Below are positions 54,907-63,108 of a stretch of 64,000 bases of DNA, piece after piece. The notes under the pieces were generated by a model. It ran no database searches. It was given only the letters and a program-made list of their open reading frames with translations, and was not told the DNA's origin. This stretch comes from Deltaproteobacteria bacterium (lineage in GTDB: Bacteria; Myxococcota_A; Polyangia; Polyangiales; Houyiibacteriaceae), in the NCBI GenBank assembly GCA_004283055.1, contig SHLP01000008.1, positions 668-64,667 of the forward strand. Reading direction: 5' to 3'. Numbering within the stretch: the stretch's first letter is position 1; the number at the start of each line of letters is the position of its first letter. A program made the translations under genes and the position numbers.

Positions 54907-56457
54907 GTGATGACCTACGATCGGCGATACTTAGCGGACGACGTCCGCGCAGGCATCGTGGTGTTTCTCGTGGCCTTGCCTCTTTGCCTCGGGATCGCAC
55001 TCGCGTCCGGCGCGCCCCTTTTCAGCGGCCTCATCGCGGGGATTGCGGGCGGGCTCGTGGTCACGGTCGTCAGTAAATCGAGACACGGGGTGAGCGGGCC
55101 GGCGGCGGGTCTCGCGGTGATGGTAGCCGCGGGCATCGAAACGCTCGGGTTCGAGGCCTATCTGCTGGCGGTGATCATCTGTGGGGTAGTCCAGCTCGTC
55201 GCCGCCTTTCTCAAGGCCGGCGTCATCGCGCACTACTTCCCCTCGAGCGTCATCAAGGGGATGCTGGCCGGCATCGGGATCATCCTCATCCTGAAGCAGA
55301 TCCCGCACGCGTTCGGATACGACCAGTCTTGGGAGGGCGAGCTCGAGTTCTTTCAAAGCGACGGCCGCAACACGTTCAGCGAAATCGGCTATGCGCTGCG
55401 GGCGCTGAGCCCGGGCGCCATCATCGTGACCGCGTTGTCGCTGGGCGTTCTGCTTCTCTGGCAGGGTCCAAGATTCAAGCGCACCCGCCTTGCAAAGGCG
55501 ATCCCCGCACCGCTCCTCGTCGTGCTGCTTGGCGTAGGGCTCAATCGCGCCTTCGGTGCGTTCCGGCCCGACCTATCCATTTCCGCCGAGCACCTCGTCC
55601 GCGTTCCGCTCTCAGCCTCACTCGGGGAGTTCTTCTCGAATTTCGTACGGCCCGACTTCTCGCAGATCACGAACCCCGAGATCTACGTCGTGGGACTGAC
55701 CCTGGCGCTCATCGCGAGCATCGAGACTCTGCTGTCGGTCGAGGCCACCGACAATCTCGACCCAGAGAAGCGCGTCACCCCCACCAACCAAGAGCTCAAA
55801 GCGCAGGGTCTTGGCAACATCGTCTCTGGCCTACTCGGCGGCATTCCGGTTACCCAGGTCATCGTGCGAAGCACGGCAAACATCGAATCTGGCGGCAAGA
55901 CGCGCCTCGCTTCGTTCATTCACGGCGTTCTGCTTCTGATCTGCGTAGCTACGATTCCAAATCTACTCAATGAAATCCCGCTCGCGAGTCTGGCCGCCAT
56001 TCTGTTGGTGATCGGGTACAAGCTCGCCCGCGTGTCCCTGTTCAAGGCGATGTGGAAAGAGGGGTTCTGGCAGTTCGTCCCCTTTGTTGTGACGGTCGTA
56101 GGGCTGGTCTTCACGGACTTGCTCACAGGCATCATGCTCGGCATGGCCGTCGCGTTTTTCGAGATCCTGATCTACAACTATCAGCTCAGCTTTTACCGGG
56201 AGGAGACGAGCGAGGGGTGCTTCACGATTCGTCTCACCGAGCACATGACTTTCCTCAACAAAGCGTCGCTCAAGCGTCTCCTTCGGGAAGTTCCGCCGGA
56301 CTCTGCCGTGACCATCGACATGTCGACGACCCGGATTCTCGATCACGACGTGCGCGAGGTCATCGAGGACTTCGCGACGCACGCGGAGGCTGACGGGATC
56401 GACGTCACCGTGCTCGGCTCGACGCGGCCGACGATCGCGCTCACCGACAGCTCCTGA
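54907..56457 (+). CDS. SulP-family anion transporter with a C-terminal STAS domain
   Basis: DVRAGIVVFLVALPLCLGIALASGAP is the typical SulP N-terminus. About 11 TM segments follow, and the C-terminal 110 aa look STAS-like. Confidence 0.88.
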   Translation: MMTYDRRYLADDVRAGIVVFLVALPLCLGIALASGAPLFSGLIAGIAGGLVVTVVSKSRHGVSGPAAGLAVMVAAGIETLGFEAYLLAVIICGVVQLVAAFLKAGVIAHYFPSSVIKGMLAGIGIILILKQIPHAFGYDQSWEGELEFFQSDGRNTFSEIGYALRALSPGAIIVTALSLGVLLLWQGPRFKRTRLAKAIPAPLLVVLLGVGLNRAFGAFRPDLSISAEHLVRVPLSASLGEFFSNFVRPDFSQITNPEIYVVGLTLALIASIETLLSVEATDNLDPEKRVTPTNQELKAQGLGNIVSGLLGGIPVTQVIVRSTANIESGGKTRLASFIHGVLLLICVATIPNLLNEIPLASLAAILLVIGYKLARVSLFKAMWKEGFWQFVPFVVTVVGLVFTDLLTGIMLGMAVAFFEILIYNYQLSFYREETSEGCFTIRLTEHMTFLNKASLKRLLREVPPDSAVTIDMSTTRILDHDVREVIEDFATHAEADGIDVTVLGSTRPTIALTDSS

Positions 56458-56465
56458 CCCCGATC

Positions 56466-57470
56466 CTACGCCGCGTCCGCGCGGACCTCTTCGACCGCTT
56501 CGCCCAAGGCCTCCCGGAGCGGCGTGTATTGCATCCCCAGCTCACGTTTGGCGCGGGTCCCATCGAAGATCAGCGAGCCTGCGGCCGTTGTCTTGAGGAT
56601 GTCGACAGGGATCGCGGGACGCGTCTTCGTCCAGCGTGCCCATTGCTCGAGCAGCCGCGCGATGGGGATGAGCAAGCGTTCGGGAAGATTGATTCGAGGC
56701 ACCGGCACGTTGGCGAGGTCGCCTATGATCGAGAAGTAGTCTCTCGTAGTGGCGCGCTCGGTGCCGATCAGGTAGCGCCGCCCGGTGCTGTCCGGGCTCA
56801 GAAGCGCGCGGACGATGGCTTCCGCGGCGTCGCCGACATGAAGATACGTATAGGTCGTGTCGGCCCCGACGAGCACGGGAAGCCTGCGTTCAACGGCGCG
56901 GCGCACCTCCATGGTCGGCCGTGGGTCGCCGGCTCCGATCACGGCCGCCAAGTGAACGACAGTAAGCGGAAGACCTCGTTCGGCGTGCATGCGCCAGCCG
57001 ATTTGATCGGCGTGGTGCTTGCTTCTGGCGTAGTGCGACGGATGCGGTCCCGGAGCGGTCTCCTCGTCGAAGGGGATATCTGCCGGTATGCCGAACGCGA
57101 GTGGAGTGCTCACTTGAACCACTTTGTGCGCTTGGGCGCGCAGCGCGGCTCGAAACACGTTCTGGGCCCCCTGGGTGTTTAGCTCGTCGTACAGCTCGGG
57201 GCGCAGGCTCCAGAAGTCCCGATACCCTGCGAGATTGATGATACCCCAGGCCCCCTTCACCAGCGGAGTCAGCGACGCAGGCTCGCAGATGTCGCCTCGC
57301 ACACAGCTCACCCGCTCGTCCAAGGCGCCGAGCTCGCTTGCGTCCTTCTCCGAGCGCACGAGGCATCGAAGCACGAGGTCTGGCTCCTCGAGCAAACGCT
57401 CCAGGACGTACCCTCCGACGAAGCCAGTTGCGCCGGTGACCGCGATGGTTCGGATCGAGGCTTCCACCAC
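56466..57470 (-). CDS. NAD-dependent epimerase/dehydratase-family (extended SDR) oxidoreductase
   Basis: IAVTGATGFVGGYVLERLL glycine motif, and YARSK matches YxxxK. Confidence 0.8.
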   Translation of the reverse strand: MVEASIRTIAVTGATGFVGGYVLERLLEEPDLVLRCLVRSEKDASELGALDERVSCVRGDICEPASLTPLVKGAWGIINLAGYRDFWSLRPELYDELNTQGAQNVFRAALRAQAHKVVQVSTPLAFGIPADIPFDEETAPGPHPSHYARSKHHADQIGWRMHAERGLPLTVVHLAAVIGAGDPRPTMEVRRAVERRLPVLVGADTTYTYLHVGDAAEAIVRALLSPDSTGRRYLIGTERATTRDYFSIIGDLANVPVPRINLPERLLIPIARLLEQWARWTKTRPAIPVDILKTTAAGSLIFDGTRAKRELGMQYTPLREALGEAVEEVRADAA

Positions 57471-57547
57471 CTGAGTCTAGAGTCTCGGAAAAAATCGCCA
57501 AGCCGAGGCTTGCTCGCCTGGACGATCGCTCTAACGTTGGCACGTCA

Positions 57548-58627
57548 ATGGAGCTGAAAGCGTCTACGAGAGGTCCAAGCGCGAAAAGCCTATCGACGAT
57601 CGGGATCGCCCTGCGTATGGCAGAGGCGGGCTTGTTTCCAGAGCTGGTCCTCCGAGCCGGCACACGCCATCTGCTCCAGAGGCGACTTCGGGAGAGCGTC
57701 AGCGGTTCGGTCGAGGCGCGAGAGCGGGAGCAGACCGCGCTCATGGATAGCTTAGCCGGCGGTCCTATCGCGATTGATGTCGCAGCGGCGAACGAGCAGC
57801 ACTACGAGGTCCCTGCACCTTTCTTCGAGCTCGTTCTCGGCCCACGGCTCAAATACAGCTGTTGCCATTGGGACAACCGCACGCCAAACCTCGCCGCCGC
57901 GGAAGACGCCATGCTGGAGCTCACCGCACGGCGCGCGAAAATCCAAGACGGTATGCGGATACTCGACCTCGGCTGCGGCTGGGGGTCGTTCACGCTCTGG
58001 GCAGCGGAGAAGTTTCCGAACTCCAACATTTTGGCGGTGTCGAACTCCCACATCCAGCGCGCATTCATCGAAGGGCGTGCCACCGAGCGGGCGCTCACCA
58101 ACGTTCGCGTGGAGACCACAGACATCAACGATTTTCAACCGGACGAACCGTTCGACAGAGTCGTGTCGATCGAGATGATGGAGCATGTGCGTAACCATCG
58201 TGCGCTCTTCGAGCGAATCGCAGCCTGGCTTGCCGATGACGGCCTGGCCTTTTCTCACATCTTCTGCCATCGGTCGCACGCGTATACCTACGAGCACCGC
58301 GACCCGAGCGACTGGATGGCCAAGAACTTCTTCACGGGCGGGATGATGCCCTCGGAGGGAATGTTTCAGCGGTACCAGGACGATCTAGTCTTGCGCGAGC
58401 AGTGGCGAGTGAATGGAAGGCACTACCACCGCACCTGTGACGCCTGGCTCGAACGCCTCGACCAGAATCGAGACACCGCTCTGCGGATTCTTGCCGACGG
58501 ATACGGCTCGGATGCCTCGCGCTGGTTCCACCGCTGGAGGTTGTTTTTCATCGCCTGTTCGGAGCTTTTCGAGTACCGGAATGGTGCGGAATGGTTCGTG
58601 TCGCACTATTTATGGGAAAAGCGTTGA
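57548..58627 (+). CDS. cyclopropane-fatty-acyl-phospholipid synthase family SAM-dependent methyltransferase
   Basis: HYEVPAPFFELVLGPRLKYSCCHW ... MRILDLGCGWGSFTLWAAE (SAM motif I) ... DRVVSIEMMEHV are the family blocks of CFA/mycolic-acid synthase-type enzymes. Confidence 0.85.
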   Translation: MELKASTRGPSAKSLSTIGIALRMAEAGLFPELVLRAGTRHLLQRRLRESVSGSVEAREREQTALMDSLAGGPIAIDVAAANEQHYEVPAPFFELVLGPRLKYSCCHWDNRTPNLAAAEDAMLELTARRAKIQDGMRILDLGCGWGSFTLWAAEKFPNSNILAVSNSHIQRAFIEGRATERALTNVRVETTDINDFQPDEPFDRVVSIEMMEHVRNHRALFERIAAWLADDGLAFSHIFCHRSHAYTYEHRDPSDWMAKNFFTGGMMPSEGMFQRYQDDLVLREQWRVNGRHYHRTCDAWLERLDQNRDTALRILADGYGSDASRWFHRWRLFFIACSELFEYRNGAEWFVSHYLWEKR

Positions 58628-58629
58628 GC

Positions 58630-59424
58630 TCACGGCGTGATCTCTTTTCCGCGGAAATCGAAGATCTTGCCGCTGTCGTCGGGCTCGAGTGAATCGATCA
58701 CTCGGAGAAGCGCGGCGACGGATTTGCTCGGGGGCAGCAGCTGCGTCTCAGGTACGTTTCGTTGGAACGGCTTCGAAAGGCCGGTGTCTACGGTGCCAGG
58801 ATGAAGCCCGACGACGATTGCATGCGGGGCGACTCTCGCGAGCTCGATCGAAATGTTTTTGGTGAACATGTTCTGAGCGGCTTTCGAACCGCGATACGCG
58901 TACCATCCTCCCAGGCGGTTGTCCGAAATGCTTCCGACGCGCGCGGAGAGGCTCGCGAAAACCGACCGCTTGCGGTGTCGAAGGAAGTCGTGGAAGTGCT
59001 TTGCAATCAGCAGGGGACCAAAAGCGTTGACCTCGAACGCGTGACGCAGCGGCTCGGGTTCAACCTGGGCAAGCTTCTTTTCCGGGCCGAAGCCCGGTCC
59101 ATGAAGGATGCCTGCAACGTTGAGGATCAGCTCCAACTGCTCTGTCTCGCCCGCTACGGCTTCCGCCGCGGCAGCGATGGACGTCTCCTCTCGAACGTCG
59201 AGCGCGATCGCCCGAAGACGTCCGGGATGCTGAGCTGCGAGCTCCTGAAGCTCAGCGGCGTCGTCCGGTCGCCGGCATGTCGCGATGACGCGACCGCCGG
59301 GCTGCCTCTCCAGCAGCTGTCGAACGAGCTCCAAGCCGATACCGCGGCTCGCTCCTTGGACCAACGAGGTGCCACCGAGCTGCATCACTCGCCGCATTGT
59401 TCGATACGGGCGCGGCTCTGCCAA
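58630..59424 (-). CDS. classical SDR-family oxidoreductase
   Basis: VQGASRGIGLELVRQLL (TGxxxGIG-type motif), NVAG and YRGSK (YxxxK). The start is uncertain because there are several in-frame Met codons. Confidence 0.8.
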   Translation of the reverse strand: MAEPRPYRTMRRVMQLGGTSLVQGASRGIGLELVRQLLERQPGGRVIATCRRPDDAAELQELAAQHPGRLRAIALDVREETSIAAAAEAVAGETEQLELILNVAGILHGPGFGPEKKLAQVEPEPLRHAFEVNAFGPLLIAKHFHDFLRHRKRSVFASLSARVGSISDNRLGGWYAYRGSKAAQNMFTKNISIELARVAPHAIVVGLHPGTVDTGLSKPFQRNVPETQLLPPSKSVAALLRVIDSLEPDDSGKIFDFRGKEITP

Positions 59425-59528
59425 GACGCGACGCCCCTGTCGGGCGGCTCAAAGACGCAGCGCAGCGATTTGAGTCCAAGGCCCCGCAAAGGGAAGAAAT
59501 TCCGACTGTCCATCATTTGTCCACCACT

Positions 59529-59560
59529 TTGCTTGACATAACTTAGACAGATCCTAAAAG
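59529..59560 (+). promoter_or_regulatory. candidate promoter TTGACA-N16-TAAAAG overlapped by two 11-bp-spaced nAnnTnnACAn-like repeats
   Basis: TTGACA at 59533-59538 and TAAAAG at 59555-59560. GGAGG at 59568-59572 lies 6 nt before the ATG at 59579. Repeat 59540-59550 (aAacTtagACAg register) matches the pattern fully. Repeat 59529-59539 matches T and ACA but not the first A. Confidence 0.35.
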
Positions 59561-59578
59561 CGTGACTGGAGGTATCAC

Positions 59579-59806
59579 ATGAACCAGTCATCCACGGGGT
59601 CAGCCCAGAAGGTCAGTTTCCGCAGCGCGCTCGCCGTCCTCGGCTCCGCCAAGCTGCTCTTCTTTCTCGCCGCAGGCCTCTCCTACCTTTTGTCGATCTG
59701 GCTCTGGTTTTCAGGCGATCGCGAGCGCGGCCTCTTCGTTGGGCTCTGGGTTCCGTCGATTCTGTCAGCCGGTGCCCTCCTGCTGAGCCGGGGTCACCAT
59801 GAATGA
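59579..59806 (+). CDS. small membrane protein (75 aa, 2 TM)
   Basis: Preceded by a GGAGG Shine-Dalgarno. Two hydrophobic helices (LLFFLAAGLSYLLSIWLWF; LFVGLWVPSILSAGALLL). First gene of a tightly packed 4-gene operon. Confidence 0.5.
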   Translation: MNQSSTGSAQKVSFRSALAVLGSAKLLFFLAAGLSYLLSIWLWFSGDRERGLFVGLWVPSILSAGALLLSRGHHE

Positions 59807-59975
59807 TCTCGACCTTCTGATCGCTGGTGCGATGGTCTCGTTTCTCTCGGTGGCCGGCGCCTACATCGCGGTCCGTCACCGCGCGAACGAAGAGCCCGTG
59901 CGCTCGTTCGCGCCGCCCGCCGAGGGCCCTTCTTCCTCCTCGGTGCACGCTCAAGATCGTCCAACGCCAAGGTAG
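59799..59975 (+). CDS. small membrane protein (58 aa, 1 TM), not in the supplied ORF track
   Basis: Own translation: MNDLDLLIAGAMVSFLSVAGAYIAVRHRANEEPVRSFAPPAEGPSSSSVHAQDRPTPR. The start overlaps the preceding stop by 8 nt, and the stop lies 4 nt before the next start. It is below the 60-aa cut-off of the track. Confidence 0.35.
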   Translation: MNDLDLLIAGAMVSFLSVAGAYIAVRHRANEEPVRSFAPPAEGPSSSSVHAQDRPTPR

Positions 59976-59979
59976 CTCG

Positions 59980-60771
59980 ATGTCCGCGTATGAGATGCAC
60001 GTGGCGAAGCTCTTCCGAGGCGCCCCCCAGCCCAGAAGCGAGTGGAGCGGCGTACTCGACCTAGTGACCCCGGGCCTCGACCTTCTCGCGCCGCAGGAGC
60101 TGTTTCAGCAGTCGCTCGAGCTCGTCAGCAATGCTGCGAATACACGCCGCTACGCCTCGGTGCGCGACACAGCACAGGCCACGCTTCGAAGCGCCCGGGT
60201 TGACATTCTCGTGGAGGAGCAGCGAAGGAAGATCCGACTCGTCCCTTCGTCGGATTTGAAACGCACGCAGCGCCGTTGGCTGGGACAGCTCGTTCTGCAG
60301 CTCTATTTCACGCAGCTCTTCCAAGGCGACACCGCCGTGATCGACCTCTGGCCGAGCCGACTCGGCATCAACGCCGCAGGGGATGCGATTTGGAACCCTC
60401 GACCGTTGTATGTTCGCTGGGACGCAGAATTCATTGGCGCCGTCCGAGACGTGTACGCGGGGTTTTTCATAGACGACCAAGCGCAGTTCCAGGCTGGCTT
60501 GCGCAAGCTTGGCGTAGAGGCCGCGGGTGGCCTCGCGCTGCGCCACTTAGGGGAGGGGACCCAGAGGGGCGTTCGCTTCAGCACCGCCCACCTGGGCGCC
60601 ACGCTGCGTGAGATCTCCGACCTGAACCTGAACCTGAGCCGTGCCGGTACACTCAGCCGAAACTTCGTCGCCTTTGGTCTCTACCTACTCTCGCTCCACG
60701 AGTTGCTCGAATCGCTCGACTGCTCGTTTGACGTACGCAGCGCCTTCATGCGCAGCTATCGAAGATTTTGA
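59980..60771 (+). CDS. uncharacterised protein, paralogue B of the 49706..50482 family
   Basis: The internal ATG at 59980 gives MSAYEMHVAKLF... The C-terminal ~190 aa are collinear with paralogue A. The upstream part of track ORF 59827..60771 overlaps the small ORFs in another frame. Confidence 0.65.
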   Translation: MSAYEMHVAKLFRGAPQPRSEWSGVLDLVTPGLDLLAPQELFQQSLELVSNAANTRRYASVRDTAQATLRSARVDILVEEQRRKIRLVPSSDLKRTQRRWLGQLVLQLYFTQLFQGDTAVIDLWPSRLGINAAGDAIWNPRPLYVRWDAEFIGAVRDVYAGFFIDDQAQFQAGLRKLGVEAAGGLALRHLGEGTQRGVRFSTAHLGATLREISDLNLNLSRAGTLSRNFVAFGLYLLSLHELLESLDCSFDVRSAFMRSYRRF

Positions 60772-60772
60772 C

Positions 60773-61426
60773 ATGCGCTGGGCTGGAGCGGGCCTCGGGT
60801 TGATTCTTTTGCTGGCCGCACTCGGGGCCATCGTGCTCGGAGGTGGGACAGTGGCGTACGAAAGCCCGACATACTCGGTCAGCCAAACTCTGGGCAACGT
60901 CGAAATCCGTGAGTATCGCCCTTACTTGGTCGCCGAAACGGTAGTCGGCGGCACTCCAGACACCGCCGGGAATGAGGGCTTTCGGATTCTCGCGAAGTAC
61001 ATCTTCGGCAGCAACCGCGGTACGCGCAAGATCGCAATGACGGCCCCCGTTAGCCAAAAGAAGGTCGGGGGGACGAAAATCGCCATGACCTCGCCGGTCA
61101 CACAGGAGAAAGTGGGCGATGAGTTCGTGGTTCAGTTCATGATGCCCTCCGAATACACAATCGAAGAGCTGCCCGAGCCCGACGACACGCGGATCAGTTT
61201 CCGACAAGTCCCGGCCCGCACCTTTGCGGCGGTTAAATATTCAGGCTCGTGGTCGCAGGGGAACTATCAGAAACACCTGGCACTGCTGCTCGATGAGTTG
61301 CGATCGGCAGGGTACGAGGCGATCGGCGAACCGATCTGGGCGCGCTACGATGCGCCGTTCAAACCTTGGTTCTTGAGGCGGAACGAAATCCTCACTGCAT
61401 TTGAGGCGCCGCCCGGGGAGCGCTGA
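60773..61426 (+). CDS. SOUL haem-binding-family protein with an N-terminal membrane anchor/signal
   Basis: The ATG at 60773 lies 1 nt after the preceding stop. YESPTYSV......VEIREY.PYLVAET.V ... GFRILAKYIFG.N......IAMTAPV ... matches the SOUL/HEBP family pattern. Confidence 0.75.
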   Translation: MRWAGAGLGLILLLAALGAIVLGGGTVAYESPTYSVSQTLGNVEIREYRPYLVAETVVGGTPDTAGNEGFRILAKYIFGSNRGTRKIAMTAPVSQKKVGGTKIAMTSPVTQEKVGDEFVVQFMMPSEYTIEELPEPDDTRISFRQVPARTFAAVKYSGSWSQGNYQKHLALLLDELRSAGYEAIGEPIWARYDAPFKPWFLRRNEILTAFEAPPGER

Positions 61427-63047
61427 GCGGTTTGGGCCGAAGCAAGCCGCGCGGTGCGACCGTGAAGATCGTCTCCTCGCGCAGACCGAGCTCCCGGAAA
61501 ACAGCGTTGGCACAAAGCAGCCCAGATACAAAGGCGGCTTCCATGTGGGTCATCGGGTAGGGCAGACGCACCCAATCGCCGGCCATGAGCAAGCCTTGAA
61601 TGGGCGACTCCGCCGTGGGCCGGAGCGCATGTTGTCCCGGAGCAAACGCTGGGAAATCGCGGCGGACCTGCAGGACTTCATTCGAAATGCACAGACCCTG
61701 TAGCTCGGGAAAGTAGTGATAAAGCTCTTCCAGGAAAACCGCGCGAAGTTCCTCGTCCCCATCGATGTCGCGCGGCAGCGCGTAGCTATGAAGCTCCAAG
61801 ACGGCGCCGCCGTTTACTTCGACCCAGGCCGACGCTTCGTCGGTGACGCGGTGGTAGAGCGTCACCGAGTCCAGCACGCGCTTGCGATCCACGTTGATGA
61901 AGGTGGGCAGGCCGGACCGAACGTCTCGATTGACCCAAATTCGCCAAACCGCGTAACCGTGCGAAGTGCGCAGCGCTAGCATCTTGCCAACGAAATCGGG
62001 GTCCGCCTCCTGCAGCCATTCGGAGCCTTCGATAATTGCCTGCATCCCCGGAATGTCCGCGGCCAGCACGACCCAGTCGTATTCCTCGTGTCCAATCTGA
62101 AAACGTTTGCTCTCGCCCGTTTCGATGCGGGACACGGGGGAGCCCATTCGAAGGTCGACCCCGTGCTCCTCGAGATGCGCGCGAATCGGAGCCAGGAGCG
62201 TCGTTTCGTAGTCGCCGGCCGGGTAGTCGTAGATGAGGCCGTGATCATGGCTGAGATAGTAGAAGTGAAATGCGCGAAGCACGTCTGCCGTCGAGAGGTC
62301 AGCCTCGTCGGAAAAGAAGGCGCGGGCAAACGTTCGAAACGAAAGCCGTAGCTCCGGCGGGAGATCGGCCTCGTCGCAGTATCGGCCGAAGGGAATCGAA
62401 TCGAATGCTTCATAGGTGCGTTCCATGTCGAAGCGAACGAACGAATCGAGCCGCTCGCGCGTCTGCTTGCGAATGACATCGCGCCAGCGATAAAAGCCGC
62501 GGCGACCGAGGTCTACGATGTTGAGCGCAGGGACCGTGTCTACGTCTCCGTAGCTCTGCGGATGAAGGTCGGAATGAAGGATCAGGTAGTCTTCAATTGC
62601 GCTGAAATCTTTGCGGATGCCCAGGCGGTCCAGGAACTCGTTCAAGTTGTAGTACTGCCGAAAGAACGCGTGAAACCCATGCTCGACAGTCTGCTCGGTG
62701 TCCCCCACCGGGACCGTCCAGGCGCCAATCTTTCCGCCGAGATACGCGTTGCGCTCGAAAAGAGTCACTTCGACGCCGCGCTCGGCAAGCGAGGAAGCGG
62801 CCCCGATGCCAGCGAGTCCGCCTCCAAGAACGGCCACCCTCGGCGTGCCGCCGCGGAGATCCTTCGGCAATGCCCGATCGCTCGGCTCGACTTCGTGGCG
62901 ATATCCGCCCAGCTTGCGCTCGACGAGTCGACCGAGGGCTCGCTTCGGCCGACCACCCCGCATGGCGAGCCAAATCAACAGGGCCACGAGGGCTGCCGCC
63001 CACCACCAAATGCTCACTTCGACACCCTCTTTTCCTGTACCATGCAA
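61392..63047 (-). CDS. FAD-dependent oxidoreductase, carotenoid desaturase-like (possibly CrtU/isorenieratene-synthase-like)
   Basis: N-terminal TM helix, the RVAVLGGGLAGIGAASSLAERGVEVTLFERNAYLGGK Rossmann motif, and an HGFHAFFRQYYNL block that I associate with CrtU-type enzymes. The track start is a TTG at 63047, and GTG at complement(63015-63017) is an alternative. Confidence 0.7.
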   Translation of the reverse strand: MHGTGKEGVEVSIWWWAAALVALLIWLAMRGGRPKRALGRLVERKLGGYRHEVEPSDRALPKDLRGGTPRVAVLGGGLAGIGAASSLAERGVEVTLFERNAYLGGKIGAWTVPVGDTEQTVEHGFHAFFRQYYNLNEFLDRLGIRKDFSAIEDYLILHSDLHPQSYGDVDTVPALNIVDLGRRGFYRWRDVIRKQTRERLDSFVRFDMERTYEAFDSIPFGRYCDEADLPPELRLSFRTFARAFFSDEADLSTADVLRAFHFYYLSHDHGLIYDYPAGDYETTLLAPIRAHLEEHGVDLRMGSPVSRIETGESKRFQIGHEEYDWVVLAADIPGMQAIIEGSEWLQEADPDFVGKMLALRTSHGYAVWRIWVNRDVRSGLPTFINVDRKRVLDSVTLYHRVTDEASAWVEVNGGAVLELHSYALPRDIDGDEELRAVFLEELYHYFPELQGLCISNEVLQVRRDFPAFAPGQHALRPTAESPIQGLLMAGDWVRLPYPMTHMEAAFVSGLLCANAVFRELGLREETIFTVAPRGLLRPKPLSAPRAAPQMQ

Positions 63048-63075
63048 GCAATTCGGAGCAATGCATGGGCCTTCG

Positions 63076-63108
63076 CTGTCTAGATGGTGTCAAGGTCTTG
63101 TCAGGTCC
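63076..63108. promoter_or_regulatory. three tandem 11-bp direct repeats (cTGTctAgaTg / gTGTcaAggTc / tTGTcaggtcc), CarH/LitR-operator-like
   Basis: Read directly from the sequence. On the minus strand the first two match nAnnTnnACAn perfectly, and the third keeps only ACA. They lie in the 99-nt divergent gap between the CrtU-like and lycopene cyclase genes. Confidence 0.45.

Noticed and set aside
57471-57547. ECF-sigma-type promoter (GGAAC-N16/17-CGTT) or a sigmaE-ChrR-type element upstream of the cfa-like gene.
   Set aside because: A CGTT is present (taaCGTTgg), but no GGAAC-like -35 lies at the required spacing. The nearby near-repeat gagtctagagtctc is only partly palindromic. The evidence is insufficient.
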